Made by a program: the position numbers and the translations under genes. A DNA stretch of 63,087 bases, counting the filler, from Octopus bimaculoides (lineage: Eukaryota): NCBI RefSeq assembly GCF_001194135.2. It is 4 parts of 4 records of this genome, joined end to end, with 100 filler letters (N's around TTAATTAATTAA, not from the genome) between each part and the next. Parts side by side here need not be neighbours in the genome. Positions count along the whole stretch, not along the records: positions 1 to 29,692 come from NC_068993.1; positions 29,793 to 55,057 come from NC_069003.1; 2 more parts are not named here. The stretch is one strand, 5' to 3'. The notes below the pieces were generated by a model. That model was not told where the DNA came from. It searched no databases and saw only the letters and a program-made list of their open reading frames with translations. This document shows positions 26,492-40,132 of this stretch, piece after piece (position 1 is the stretch's first letter; every line of letters starts with the position of its first letter).

Positions 26492-27442
26492 NNNNNNNNN
26501 NNNNNNNNNNNNNNNNNNNNNNNNNNNNNNNNNNNNNNNNNNNNNNNNNNNNNNNNNNNNNNNNNNNNNNNNNNNNNNNNNNNNNNNNNNNNNNNNNNNN
26601 NNNNNNNNNNNNNNNNNNNNNNNNNNNNNNNNNNNNNNNNNNNNNNNNNNNNNNNNNNNNNNNNNNNNNNNNNNNNNNNNNNNNNNNNNNNNNNNNNNNN
26701 NNNNNNNNNNNNNNNNNNNNNNNNNNNNNNNNNNNNNNNNNNNNNNNNNNNNNNNNNNNNNNNNNNNNNNNNNNNNNNNNNNNNNNNNNNNNNNNNNNNN
26801 NNNNNNNNNNNNNNNNNNNNNNNNNNNNNNNNNNNNNNNNNNNNNNNNNNNNNNNNNNNNNNNNNNNNNNNNNNNNNNNNNNNNNNNNNNNNNNNNNNNN
26901 NNNNNNNNNNNNNNNNNNNNNNNNNNNNNNNNNNNNNNNNNNNNNNNNNNNNNNNNNNNNNNNNNNNNNNNNNNNNNNNNNNNNNNNNNNNNNNNNNNNN
27001 NNNNNNNNNNNNNNNNNNNNNNNNNNNNNNNNNNNNNNNNNNNNNNNNNNNNNNNNNNNNNNNNNNNNNNNNNNNNNNNNNNNNNNNNNNNNNNNNNNNN
27101 NNNNNNNNNNNNNNNNNNNNNNNNNNNNNNNNNNNNNNNNNNNNNNNNNNNATATATATATATATATATATATAGCTGTACATATATTATAAATTTCATA
27201 CATTTCATTAAATTTCATATATTTCGGCTTTTTTTTTTTGCTCCTCTTTTGGCTAAAAAAGACACACCATTGATGTCATAGAAATATATATTTGATAAAT
27301 CGATAATTTATAGAATATTTAAAACTTTCCACAGACTTTTCACACTTGTAATGCGTGTGGGCATCGAGCACTTTGCGATTTTATGCCAAAACACAAATAG
27401 TAACATACACAAATGTGTGTATGTGTGTGTTTGTGTATGCAT

Positions 27443-27485
<43 letters not shown>

Positions 27486-28014
27486 TGTGTGTCTGCGTGT
27501 GCGTGTTTGTTTTTATGTCATGTTATATATATCTTTGGATAACTTTTTCAACTTCGTTGCATATTTGCTGATATTGCTTTATAAATACAAATGCATTACT
27601 GCCTGTTTTCAGCGCTCTATTTAAAAAAAGAAACATTTAAAAAAATATTTTTGAAATCATCAGTAATAATACAATACGTGTGTATGCGTACATATGTAGG
27701 TATGGAAGTATATCACTCAGAAGGAAAAAGAGGTCGTGATAATAACAGTGGAGTAAGAAGCTTAAATATTTACAAATCGTTATTCTCTGCTTCATATTTC
27801 CCGGGTTGTCGGAAGAAAGGAATATTGTTGTAATATTAAGACACAATTTTAGCTTCTTATGACATTTGGCACACGCACATATATATACGTTCAACTCCTG
27901 ACAGGGTCGTAAGGATAACGTTATTACAGAATTCAGGCAGTTTAACTCTGTGACAGCCCATCTATGATTATGGCTAATTTTTTGATGGGTGAATGAGTGA
28001 AAAAGAAAAGAAAG

Positions 28015-28157
28015 AAGAATCAACTCTAGCACTTGACTGATACATTATTTATTGACCTCGAAAGGGTGAAAAGCAAACTTGGTGTGAGTGGAATTTTAAC
28101 ATTTTAGCTACAGACCATTCTATGTAACGCCGGAACAATTCTGCCGTTCGACCGCCT
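28015..28157 (-). mobile_element. SINE S1
   Basis: Reverse complement: ggcggtcgaacggcagaatt...aaaattcc...tttgcttttcaccctttcgaggtcaataaataatgtatcag. Confidence 0.7.
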
Positions 28158-28198
28158 TGTATGTATATATACATATATATATATATACATATATATAT

Positions 28199-28233
<35 letters not shown>

Positions 28234-29146
28234 NNNNNNNNNNNNNNNNNNNNNNNNNNNNNNNNNNNNNNNNNNNNNNNNNNNNNNNNNNNNNNNNNNN
28301 NNNNNNNNNNNNNNNNNNNNNNNNNNNNNNNNNNNNNNNNNNNNNNNNNNNNNNNNNNNNNNNNNNNNNNNNNNNNNNNNNNNNNNNNNNNNNNNNNNNN
28401 NNNNNNNNNNNNNNNNNNNNNNNNNNNNNNNNNNNNNNNNNNNNNNNNNNNNNNNNNNNNNNNNNNNNNNNNNNNNNNNNNNNNNNNNNNNNNNNNNNNN
28501 NNNNNNNNNNNNNNNNNNNNNNNNNNNNNNNNNNNNNNNNNNNNNNNNNNNNNNNNNNNNNNNNNNNNNNNNNNNNNNNNNNNNNNNNNNNNNNNNNNNN
28601 NNNNNNNNNNNNNNNNNNNNNNNNNNNNNNNNNNNNNNNNNNNNNNNNNNNNNNNNNNNNNNNNNNNNNNNNNNNNNNNNNNNNNNNNNNNNNNNNNNNN
28701 NNNNNNNNNNNNNNNNNNNNNNNNNNNNNNNNNNNNNNNNNNNNNNNNNNNNNNNNNNNNNNNNNNNNNNNNNNNNNNNNNNNNNNNNNNNNNNNNNNNN
28801 NNNNNNNNNNNNNNNNNNNNNNNNNNNNNNNNNNNNNNNNNNNNNNNNNNNNNNNNNNNNNNNNNNNNNNNNNNNNNNNNNNNNNNNNNNNNNNNNNNNN
28901 NNNNNNNNNNNNNNNNNNNNNNNNNNNNNNNNNNNNNNNNNNNNNNNNNNNNNNNNNNNNNNNNNNNNNNNNNNNNNNNNNNNNNNNNNNNNNNNNNNNN
29001 NNNNNNNNNNNNNNNNNNNNNNNNNNNNNNNNNNNNNNNNNNNNNNNNNNNNNNNNNNNNNNNNNNNNNNNNNNNNNNNNNNNNNNNNNNNNNNNNNNNN
29101 NNNNNNNNNNNNNNNNNNNNNNNNNNNNNNNNNNNNNNNNNNNNNN

Positions 29147-29202
<56 letters not shown>

Positions 29203-29692
29203 AGAACAACTCAAGTGTTTTCATATATACGTACATACACATACCCATATACATACATCCACATATCCATATATATGTACATGTATACATATATATATAT
29301 ATGTAGACACACACACATACACATATATACACATACACACATATACACATACATATACATACATAAACACACATAAACGCATACATACATATATACACAC
29401 ACATACATATAGAAATATGTACTTACATACAGAACCTAATAACGCATACATATGGGTTTAAACAAATACATACACAATTATATATGCTTACATATACGTA
29501 GATATGTACACATATACACACATATATATACTTACAAACATACGTACACCCCCCACACACAAGTATACATGTATACATACATACACACAGATGCACTCAT
29601 CCACACACATATACACACATATATATACCCACATATATATATATATATATATACATATATATACATACACATACACATATATATATATATAT

Positions 29693-29792
29693 NNNNNNNN
29701 NNNNNNNNNNNNNNNNNNNNNNNNNNNNNNNNNNNNTTAATTAATTAANNNNNNNNNNNNNNNNNNNNNNNNNNNNNNNNNNNNNNNNNNNN
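29693..29792. other. Artificial 100-bp scaffold linker (N44-TTAATTAATTAA-N44)
   Basis: An identical construct occurs at 55058-55157 and 57627-57726. The 12-mer puts stop codons in all six frames. Confidence 0.95.
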
Positions 29793-29857
29793 CTACATTG
29801 TATTTGTCCCATCTTTGTTGAGCCCTGTGTGGCTAATAAAAGAAATGTATCTATCTA

Positions 29858-29907
<50 letters not shown>

Positions 29908-29959
29908 AAAATTTTTTTAGTAAACTTTATGGAAAAGTGTTGACAGAGAAGGGTTAAAA

Positions 29960-30560
29960 ATTGGCCTACAGGGAACTCCATTTGTGGTAACAACGTGAAA
30001 GTTCAGATTTCTTGTTAAGTGACACTATGGGCTCTTGCAATTGGTGCAATTTGTCAAAGAGATAAAAATAGCAATTTTGCATTATGAGTGAGTAAGGAGA
30101 GGTAGTGTTCTGCATTATACTAGAGAAGATTTCCTTGGCCCTGGATCTGAAGGAGTACATATCCTTGCGTCTGTTGGTATGGTATTTGGAACGACCAAGT
30201 TTTCGTAGTACCAATATTTTTCCGTATTACATTATTGGAAATGTGACAAACTATATTTCTTTTTTCATATTTACTAATGATTTCAGAAGATTATATTTTG
30301 AAAAATATTAAACAGGATCCGACATACTGATGTCGTATAAAATATTGACAAATACCTCTTCTTTTTTCATCCCCAATCTTTGTAAAATAACTTTTTGCAC
30401 CTCATAAATTTGTCAAAATCGCTTGAGACCAATAACAGACGTTTTAACAGACTTGCAAGAGTGAAGACATTTCTCTATATTTTAGGAAAATGTTGTTTGA
30501 CCAATGCAATTTGACGGAGATATATGTGGCATGTAGGAATTGTATAAACTGTTTTTATCT
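29960..30560 (-). mobile_element. Penelope-like GIY-YIG endonuclease relic
   Basis: NIVCHI...NIGTT; MYSFRS; YSLIMQNCYFYLFDKLH; SLNKKSELSRCYHK (typical LNKRSE..S.C.H end); upstream LVKQHFPK. Confidence 0.65.
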
Positions 30561-31584
30561 TCAAAAAGTTGAATGATGTTTCAAACTTTTGCATATGAGT
30601 CGTAAATTCAGCAGTGATATTGTAAACGAAGAAAAAGTAGTTTAAATGTAATTTCAATAACGAAAGAGAAAAAAAAAAAAACAATTACTAAAATCAGCCA
30701 CAATATTCCAAATTATGAAGAGCAAAGAAAAATATTGGAACCACACAAAGTGAAGAGTGCTATAAACCAATTCCTGATTATAGAATTTATCAAGTGTCTC
30801 AGATATTTCAGATATAGTAAAAATCGGAATACTTTCTTGGTCTGCGTTGGTTCTTTAAACTTCGGAATACAAGATATTCCACATCGTATCAGAAATTATA
30901 TTAAATAAATACTCAATATATACTTCTTCTTTGTTTGTTTGTTTGTTTCTTTCTTTCTACATAGAGGAGCGAAACACTATTCATTTTCTACGATACACAG
31001 AACAAAAGTGTTGAATATAAAAGAATATACAGTACAAAAATAACTTACCGAGCGTAGTAATTGAATATAAATAATTAACGGCCTCATCTGCCTACAGACG
31101 CCTAGGATTCTAATTCATCTCTCTCTGATCTCAACCACAGTTTCTATTATTTCCAAAAAGTGTCAATATTGGATTTAGACTTATGGAATTTTTTATATTG
31201 AATATTTTAAGTAAAAAAAATGGACAAATGAATTCTAAAATATGATTTTAATCACAAAAAATTTGAATTTAATTTGCACAGGACATAGATATAACAAAAA
31301 AAAACAATTATGCGTATGGTAGTGCTCGTTAATGAAGTAAAATAACATCTTAGCAACGTACTAGCATAGTCACAAAAAGCTAGGAGATAAAATATTTTGT
31401 ATAAGCGTACATACATACACATATACATATACACATATGTTGCTTACTGAAAAGCCATATACTGTATAAGAAACATCGAGCATTTGCTCACTAATACATT
31501 TTGATTAGTTTGTCGCACTACTTGAGTTTCATGCGATTGCGATCTTCAGGCGTTTCGAAAGCTTAAGTTTATTGGTACATATTT

Positions 31585-31711
31585 AATCAACCCCAAGAGG
31601 ATGAAAGGTAAAGTCGACCTCGGCGGAATTTGAACTGGACTCAGAATGTAATGGCAGACGAATTACCGTTAAGCATTTCGCCCGGCGTGCTAACGATTCT
31701 GCCAACCCGCC

Positions 31712-31712
<1 letters not shown>
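31585..31712 (-). mobile_element. SINE S1, well preserved
   Basis: Reverse complement: ggcgggttggcagaatcgttagcacgccgggcgaaatgcttaacggtaattcgtctg...gttcaaattccgccgaggtcgactttacctttcatcctcttggggttgatt. Confidence 0.9.
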
Positions 31713-31751
<39 letters not shown>

Positions 31752-31822
31752 ATGCACACACATCTATATACATATGTATGCATGTATGTACATATGTATG
31801 CATGTATAAATATATATATACA

Positions 31823-31924
<102 letters not shown>

Positions 31925-33034
31925 TACATTTACATACACATATAGAGAAATGAATCTGTATGCGCACGTAAATACATATTCACAAGCATACACCCACCCA
32001 CAAACACACACACATGCACACACACATGCAGGAATGCTCTTTGAATTAACATGGATAAGCATAATGAAAGTAAGCTGCTGTGCTTATGTTATCATAGAAG
32101 AGTATGTCAGGTGAGAGCGAGAGAGAGAAAGATGGAAAGGGAGAGAGGAGTTGCCTTTTTGTTTGTAAGCGGAATGTTTCTTCTTGATGTCCTGGTTAAG
32201 TTCAGTTTGTTCAGCAGTTCTGGGGCCATATTGGATCGTCATCGAGAAAGGAATACTTACTGAGGCTCACACTCGGCCCTTAACGTTGTTCTCTTCACTT
32301 TTGAACACTTCATTAATGTATCTATACTATATATAAAACAGAGATGTGTGTGTAATCGCTTTTCACGTGAAATCGACTTCACCAAATGCTTCCATACTTG
32401 TGATGCGTGAATAATTTGACCTCGGATAAATCTTAGGCTCTTCATTTGATTTTTTAAATTAAAAATAAATAATATTGCTTTATATTTAAGATTCACTTCT
32501 TTAAAAAGGTTCCTCAATGTCAACTTCCGGTATTGACGTAACAACGGCAAAAAGCTTCACTCTCTATTTTGTGTGTGAGTGTGTGTGTTCGTGTGTATGA
32601 GAGAGAGAGAGTAAATACTACATACACACCGCTCTCTCACTCTGTCTCACACACATACACACGCACACACACCCCCTTGACTCACTCACACTCTGTCTCT
32701 TACAAACACANNNNNNNNNNNNNNNNNNNNNNNNNNNNNNNNNNNNNNNNNNNNNNNNNNNNNNNNNNNNNNNNNNNNNNNNNNNNNNNNNNNNNNNNNN
32801 NNNNNNNNNNNNNNNNNNNNNNNNNNNNNNNNNNNNNNNNNNNNNNNNNNNNNNNNNNNNNNNNNNNNNNNNNNNNNNNNNNNNNNNNNNNNNNNNNNNN
32901 NNNNTGTATGCGCGCGCGCGTGCGTGCGTGCGTGCGTGAGGGGTTCCACAATCGCCATTTATTTCAATTACTCTTGTGAGGATATTCACGTAAATCACTT
33001 TTTTCATTTAATCCCCATTTTAATTTTCGTAAAA

Positions 33035-33226
33035 GTTTCCAAGTACCAATGAGGCTTTTTGGCACATCTTCAATTTTCCCCATTCATGAGAGGCGCCCAG
33101 CCATCATTCATCTGAGAGTCCATCTACAGAATGTCCTCAAATTTCTATACAGCATATTTTGCCTTTTTTTCTTGAAGTATATAAGCAACAATTTCATTCC
33201 CGAGCAACGCCGGGTGCCTCTGCTAG
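33035..33226 (+). mobile_element. Helitron deletion derivative: RepHel fragment plus 3' terminus
   Basis: STNEAFWHIFNFP/IHERRPAIIHLRVHLQN (RepHel motif EAxWRIFxFPIHERxPxVxHLxVHLEN), followed by hairpin cccg-agcaacgc-cggg and a CTAG|T end at 33223-33227. Confidence 0.75.
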
Positions 33227-33367
33227 TACAATTATATATGTAAGTTTTGCATGTATGTAGTAATTATGTATGTATAGTATATGTATGTAATGCATGTATG
33301 TATGTGTGCTTGCATGTATGTAAGTTTATATACGTATGTATATACACATGTACGTATGTGTGTGTAT

Positions 33368-33500
33368 GTATATACATCCACGGTGGTCTAAAAGTCCATA
33401 CGTTCTTTTCCAACATATTCCCCTCTCAGATTCACGTATTTATTGCACTGGTCCTTCAGTTTTTCTAAGCCCTGTCAAAGAACTCGGAAGGTTAGGCCTC
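33368..33500 (-). mobile_element. mariner-type element, 3' remnant
   Basis: Minus strand GLEKLKDQCNKYVNLRGEYVG (mariner C-terminus ...C....G.Y) next to a TA-flanked end; the element may extend to about 33830. Confidence 0.6.
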
Positions 33501-33968
33501 TAACCTGGCCTTTCGCGATACCCTTAAAGCCAGGACCATTTCAGTACTCCCTCGTATTTACCCTTAGGACTATCTGTCTTTTCCACCAATCGAAATGTAT
33601 AATGTTTTGGCCACGACATCATACCTCGTAGATAAATAATTTCATGATGGCGTGTTTAGACGGTTACTCATGATGCGGTGACCTTCTCAGTGTCAATCTG
33701 ATGGAGGCTGCATTTGTTGTTGCATCTCGCTGTTTTACCAGCATCCCTAACTCTTTTGTCCTTCACGGCTATTATTTCCTGTTTTTGGATTTCTAAAGCA
33801 TAACCTTCAAAATGAAAGCTAATTATTATCTATGTCACTGTCACTGTGAAAGTTCCAGGCAACATCGCCATCTGTGATTTTCTGTTGATTAGTAAAAGGT
33901 CATGTAAGGCTATGTGTGTCTGTATATATGCTTGTACTTCTATCTATCTATCTATCTATCTATCTATG

Positions 33969-34004
<36 letters not shown>

Positions 34005-34007
<3 letters not shown>

Positions 34008-34082
34008 TACTTGTTTCAGTCTTTGGCCTGCGACCATGCTGGGGCACCGCCCTGAAGGGTTCAGTCGAACAAATCGACTCCG
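34005..34082 (-). mobile_element. SINE family S3, 3' fragment
   Basis: ttacttgtttcagtc...gaccatgctggggcaccgccctgaagggttcagtcgaacaaatcgac matches 35095-35160. Confidence 0.75.
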
Positions 34083-35089
34083 TAATTGTTTTATTGTGGG
34101 ACATCCCCATGCTGATGGTGGACCCCACCATATCTATTTTCTCCCTTAAATACATATATTTTCCTTTATCTCAAAGACTGGGAACAAAAAATATCAGGGA
34201 TTGAAACCCACCAAGAACCGAAACCACTCCGTCTATGAACTAACACGCCATTGTTGTATTACACCAACCTCTCCACCACTGTGCGTCCGACACACAGACA
34301 TACTAATACAAGCAGACACGCACGCACGCACACACACACACTTACACAAACACAGACTCAGAGGCGTGTGTTGTTTGTACAACTTTATTATACTAACTCG
34401 TTAATCAGTTAACTAATATATAATAATAGAGTTGTAATTAACTGGAAGGGGATTAATCTGTTTGTTATTTTATTCTTTATTTAATTAGTCTGAGAAGAAG
34501 GAGGTTTAATGCCATTGACCTTTGTCGTCTGGATTGGTCAATGAGGTCGATGTGGTGTTTGACACCTAGAGGAAAATTGTGGGTGGAGAGATAATTGTGG
34601 GGTGGTACGGTTCAATGAAAGATTAAGTGGTGTGTGTAGATTAGGGTTATGGCAAGAGGGGTAAATCGCAGTGAGAAGAACTGGCAGGTGTGTTGGAGTG
34701 GTCTATAGAAAGGTGGTGGTGAAGAACAGAAGTGGTTGAAGAGAAAAAGAGATGGATTAATGCTCTTTGAGTTAGTGATTGCCATTGGATTGGTTGGCCA
34801 TGTTCTGGGCTCTGTCAGGGGTCTTTGTGCATGTAGCCGTTACACCGTCCCAAATATGTGTGCAGTGACACTGTCCAAGATAAGCGATACAAAAACCGAC
34901 GCTCGGGTTTCATCGTGGATGATAAAAGTGGATGTGGGTATAGCTCTAAGTTTTTTTTTATTGGATATGTTGTAATTCCGAATAACTACAGAATTTTCAA
35001 GCAGAATATATGTATACATATTATGTATGTATGTATGTATGTGTATAAACCCATATTCTGTTCTTCTATTCTTTTTCTCTTTCACTTGT

Positions 35090-35273
35090 TTAAGTTTTTT
35101 GACTAGGGTCATGCTGGAGCACAGCCTTGGAAGGTATTAGTCGAACAATCGACCCCAGGGCGTATTTCTTAAGCCTAGCACTTATTCCATCCGTCCCTTT
35201 TGCCGAACCGCTAAATTACGGAGACATAAACACACCAGCACCGGTTATCAAGCGATGATGGGGGACAAACATA

Positions 35274-35280
<7 letters not shown>
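35090..35280 (-). mobile_element. SINE-like family S3, with a (GT)n-adjacent head
   Basis: catgctggagcacagcc...agtcgaacaatcgaccccag...ttttgccgaaccgctaaattacggagacataaacacaccagcaccggtt. Shares the S1 distal core in reverse; a further plus-strand fragment is at 56710-56845. Confidence 0.8.
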
Positions 35281-35321
<41 letters not shown>

Positions 35322-35526
35322 NNNNNNNNNNNNNNNNNNNNNNNNNNNNNNNNNNNNNNNNNNNNNNNNNNNNNNNNNNNNNNNNNNNNNNNNNNNNNNN
35401 NNNNNNNNNNNNNNNNNNNNNNNNNNNNNNNNNNNNNNNNNNNNNNNNNNNNNNNNNNNNNNNNNNNNNNNNNNNNNNNNNNNNNNNNNNNNNNNNNNNN
35501 NNNNNNNNNNNNNNNNNNNNNNNNNN

Positions 35527-35562
<36 letters not shown>

Positions 35563-35724
35563 AACACGCATATACGAATATGTTTGTCATGTGTGTATGT
35601 AACGAAAAAGACGCACTCAGTACATTTCTTTGTGTCTATTTTTAAAGATAAGCAATTAACGATCCACCAGTAAATTCGTTAAAGTTTTACCTGTAAATTA
35701 CTGAAAGTGCATCGGTAGTGAATG

Positions 35725-35870
35725 GATGAATGGTTAAGAAGTAGGATTCGTAACAATGCCGTCCCAGGTTCGATCCCACTGCATGGCGTCGCGTCAAAAT
35801 GACATTCGCCGTGTGGTTGAAAGCAGGCAGGAGGAAACTACATGGAAGTCTGTCGGGTGGATTTCACCTG
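35725..35870 (+). mobile_element. Degenerate tRNA-derived SINE head
   Basis: ggttaagaag...ccaggttcgatcccactgcatggc, with B-box ggttcgatccc. Confidence 0.5.
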
Positions 35871-36189
35871 AAACTAAAAACAAACAAACAAAAAAACAAA
35901 CAAACAAAAAATCAAATATGGTAGTCTTGACAACATACAAAGCTGATTCTGCTTGAGAGTACTGACGCCTACGGAATACTCAACCACTTACACGTAAATT
36001 CGGGAGCAGGTAGCTCAGTTGATGACTGAATACTCATTGTTAAACGACGAAGATCCACCACAACTATTGCTCGTATTTGAAGTATCTGTAAACTAGTCAA
36101 TCATTAATTACTTAATTAAACACACACACATACACTCACACACGCAGATATATGCATATATAAGCACATATGAATATATACGTTCATAT

Positions 36190-36220
<31 letters not shown>

Positions 36221-36636
36221 NNNNNNNNNNNNNNNNNNNNNNNNNNNNNNNNNNNNNNNNNNNNNNNNNNNNNNNNNNNNNNNNNNNNNNNNNNNNNNNN
36301 NNNNNNNNNNNNNNNNNNNNNNNNNNNNNNNNNNNNNNNNNNNNNNNNNNNNNNNNNNNNNNNNNNNNNNNNNNNNNNNNNNNNNNNNNNNNNNNNNNNN
36401 NNNNNNNNNNNNNNNNNNNNNNNNNNNNNNNNNNNNNNNNNNNNNNNNNNNNNNNNNNNNNNNNNNNNNNNNNNNNNNNNNNNNNNNNNNNNNNNNNNNN
36501 NNNNNNNNNNNNNNNNNNNNNNNNNNNNNNNNNNNNNNNNNNNNNNNNNNNNNNNNNNNNNNNNNNNNNNNNNNNNNNNNNNNNNNNNNNNNNNNNNNNN
36601 NNNNNNNNNNNNNNNNNNNNNNNNNNNNNNNNNNNN

Positions 36637-36671
<35 letters not shown>

Positions 36672-37238
36672 CCTACATATATACGTACATATATACGTAC
36701 ATATATACATGCATACATATGTATATATATAGATATACATATTTATATATACATACAAGCATACATACATAGATAAGTGTCCAGTTTCAGAATTGACTTC
36801 AATCAATCACGATTTTCGAAAAGCCTGGAGCTATTGTTACAGCTGATGCCCTCCAGCGCTTTCCATACGTACATGCGTACGTCACACAAACACATAGGCC
36901 TACATCTATACCGTCTACTCACGTACATACGCACGCCACAGAGACATTTATGCTCGGTTTAAGAATGACTTTAGTCAATCATCCTCAGAAGTTCTAATCC
37001 CCGAATGGCCTGAAGGTATAGAACAACCGATGCCCCGCAGCGATGAATTGATGAGAAACTGCTTCAGTTTCACACACATATACACATTCGCATACGTACA
37101 TGTGCACATATATGCATATATTTGTATATATGTATATATGCGCAAATTTACTTTTATACCTGTAATAAAAATCTGTACTCCATGTGCACTTGTTGACACA
37201 GAAATATATAAGTTCAACAGGTATACTTCGTGCACTCT

Positions 37239-37273
<35 letters not shown>

Positions 37274-37288
37274 TTCACAAAACACACA

Positions 37289-37331
37289 TTGTCTGATGAT
37301 GGCTTAACTGACCGAAACTTCGAAGACACTG
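37289..37331 (+). ncRNA. Type I hammerhead motif, C3:G8 (family H3)
   Basis: ttgt [CTGATGA] t GGC ttaactg ACC [GAAA] C ttcgaa GA [C] ACTG. The core is intact; stem III would be the palindrome ACTTCGAAGT but U16.1 is changed to A here. Sister of 23113-23155. Confidence 0.65.
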
Positions 37332-37952
37332 TCGATAATATTCTTGTTTAAGAATAAATTTTGTACTCTACAAAAGTATAGAGTAACCCATCAGATTAAT
37401 GTAAAATTGTGTTTATTACAACAGAAATATGGTGACAAGAGTGTTAATGATAGCGTAGAGAAACAAAAAAAAAAAATTCAAGGGCTGGATGGTGAGTGTA
37501 AAAATATTTTTCAGCTGTATATTTCCTCTACTTATCCCCGACGGATCAGTTTGCTACGCAGATGACATACAATAGTCGAGTGATGGTGATTTTAGCATCG
37601 ATAAAGTCGGCGGTTTGTTTAGATACTTGTATTTCTTCTATGTTAGATTTCAACTGGTTTTAAGTGTCTTCAAAAAAAATTGAACAACATCCGTTTAGTT
37701 AGAATAACACTTGTTCGTTCATTGCCATTTTTCGGCAATGAAATATAACTGAGATGGCAGTTGTTCAGTTATGAAACGGTTTAAATTTCGATAAACATCG
37801 TTTTAATAATGCTTAGTAGTCTTCATTAAAACTGACGGATTTTCATGGAGGTTTTCAATTCACGAAAATAAACGGCCATTTACAGTTTAAAGCCAAAGTA
37901 GTGAGAATACTTAGACCATGTTACACAACTAACAATTTTAGCGATATTATTG

Positions 37953-38079
<127 letters not shown>

Positions 38080-38382
38080 CGTAGTACTACTGTTACTGTG
38101 AGTAGTACGCTTGGTGAAGTGGTTCTGTTAGTTTCAGTGGTATTGTTTGTGTCGGCGACATTGGTTTGTTTTATCAGCGTCCGCCATTATTGCAAGAAGG
38201 TTTCCCCCATGTTGATAAGAATATTTTAAAATCTTATTTGAACAAAGTTCAGTTTTTGACTAAAAGTTTTTCCTCATAAGAAAATACAAACCGGCTACGT
38301 ATCTTGTCTGAGTTAGCTTATCATAATAACATGGCCATATCTTCAAACACACATTTTAAACGATTTGTAACTCACGGCACCA

Positions 38383-38444
<62 letters not shown>

Positions 38445-39077
38445 ACGTATGTATGTATGTATGTATATATGTATGTATGTTTGTATGTATGTGTGAGTGT
38501 ATATATGTATGTGCGTACGTATGTATGTATGCATGTATGTATGTATGTATGCTTGTATGTATGTGTGAGTGTATATATGTATGTGCGCACGTATGTATGT
38601 ATGTATGCATGTATCCATGTTTGTATGTGTCCGTATGTGTGTATATGTAGATACATTATATATGTATGTGTGTGCGTGCATGCGTGCGTGTGTGTGTGTA
38701 CTGGATGAACCATGAATGAGTTCTTGAAGAAAATTGCCGCTCAAATATCTGTGAAAAGACTTTCTCGACTTTATCGACGTCTGTATCGCGGATTCAATAC
38801 AGGTGCTCATGGCTGTGGTCTTGTTTCTTCAGAACTAACACTGTTCTCGAGGAATCGGCCTCGATATATCTGAGAAAGTTACTTTCGGTAGACTTGCAAC
38901 CTGTCCAGAGATAGCTTTGTTTCACATTCACTAAAAAACAACAAAATCACATTCCACAGTTTTATTGATTTTATTCATACATTCTCTTGTTCAAATTTAC
39001 AGAAAACAAAAGACAAAGACAGGGGAGGGAACGACAAGCAGGTGTGTTAGTTCGACGCGCGGGAAGAATGGAAAAGT

Positions 39078-39114
39078 CTTTGACGTTTCGGGCCTACGCT
39101 CTTCATTAGAAAAG
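39078..39114 (-). ncRNA. Minimal type I hammerhead motif (family H2)
   Basis: Minus strand: ctttt [CTAATGA] a GAGC gtag GCCC [GAAA] C GT [C] aaag. Stem I tttt/aaag, stem III ACGT, G5 changed to A. Confidence 0.6.
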
Positions 39115-39789
39115 GATGAAAGGCAAAAAATGGAGAAAAAAAAAACAAAAACGGGGAGAGAAAACAGATGCGTCGGGAGTAACGTTTACCATGATGAAAT
39201 GTAATAATAATAATAATAATAATAATGATATAAGTAATATATATATATATATATATATATATGCATATGTATATGCATATATACATACGTATATGAACAT
39301 ACCTACATCTATACGTATATATATATATAAGCATACATGGGCACAGGATGTCATGAAACGTGTACAACAAAAATATACGAAGCACGAGTACATGGAACAC
39401 GAACTATTCTTTCGAACAACGAAAGACACAAATGGAAAACAAGACAAACAACATAAAGAACGACTCTTCATCAGTTGTTGGCTGTTTTCTAGTCTTGTAT
39501 TTCGAGCATTTAACAACAATACACGCTTTCGATAAAACAGTTGCTCCCACAAAGCAAATTAAATAAAATTTGGGATTTTTGCGGAGGGTCGAAATTGGTA
39601 ATACAAACAGGACAGTGAAAACAAACAGGAAGGGCTGCTAAGCCTACACGAGGTTGTGGTGGCGAACGCCTAAATCAAGCGTCGAAATATATATGTAGAA
39701 GAACCTGAAAATTGTAGCAACTAGCTTTGGAACTGAAAGCTATATACAATTGAAGTGGATGCCACGACATTGAACCAAAGAACTCTCTC

Positions 39790-40072
39790 TTTATCTCAAA
39801 TAAGGCCCCAGTAGATTTCGAGTATCACAACTTTTCAACGCTCTGCCAAACAACAGCAAAGAGCTGTGAGATGTGCATATGGATATGTTTCAAAGGGTAT
39901 TTTGACGAATTTTTATCTGACATTCCAGATGAACGTATACCACTGCGAGAAGCGCAAAGAAGAGCAGCTCCCTCCAACTCGCTAATTTACAAGAAAGAAT
40001 TCCGGTAAGAAAACCTGGAAGTGTGACATAAAAGCCAATTACACTAAAGGCAATGCTCCAGTAGGAACCAGT
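39790..40072 (+). mobile_element. CR1/L2-like LINE ORF2 C-terminus and 3' UTR
   Basis: QLFNALP..KEL*DVHMDMF / KGYFDEFLSDIPDER...RRAAPSNSLI, matching the typical LFN.LP...FK..LD.FL..IPD.P...RAA.SNSL end. Confidence 0.65.
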
Positions 40073-40099
40073 AACACCCTCCACACACGTATATGTATT

Positions 40100-40132
<33 letters not shown>

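Noticed and set aside
37541-37575. CYADDIQ (YADD-like) peptide
   Set aside because: Seven residues followed by a stop, with no other RT motifs nearby.
39490-39540. HHR-like arrangement (ttATCGA aAGCG...TGCTc GAAAT) in a probable repeat
   Set aside because: The core has multiple mismatches and there is no stem III or stem I.
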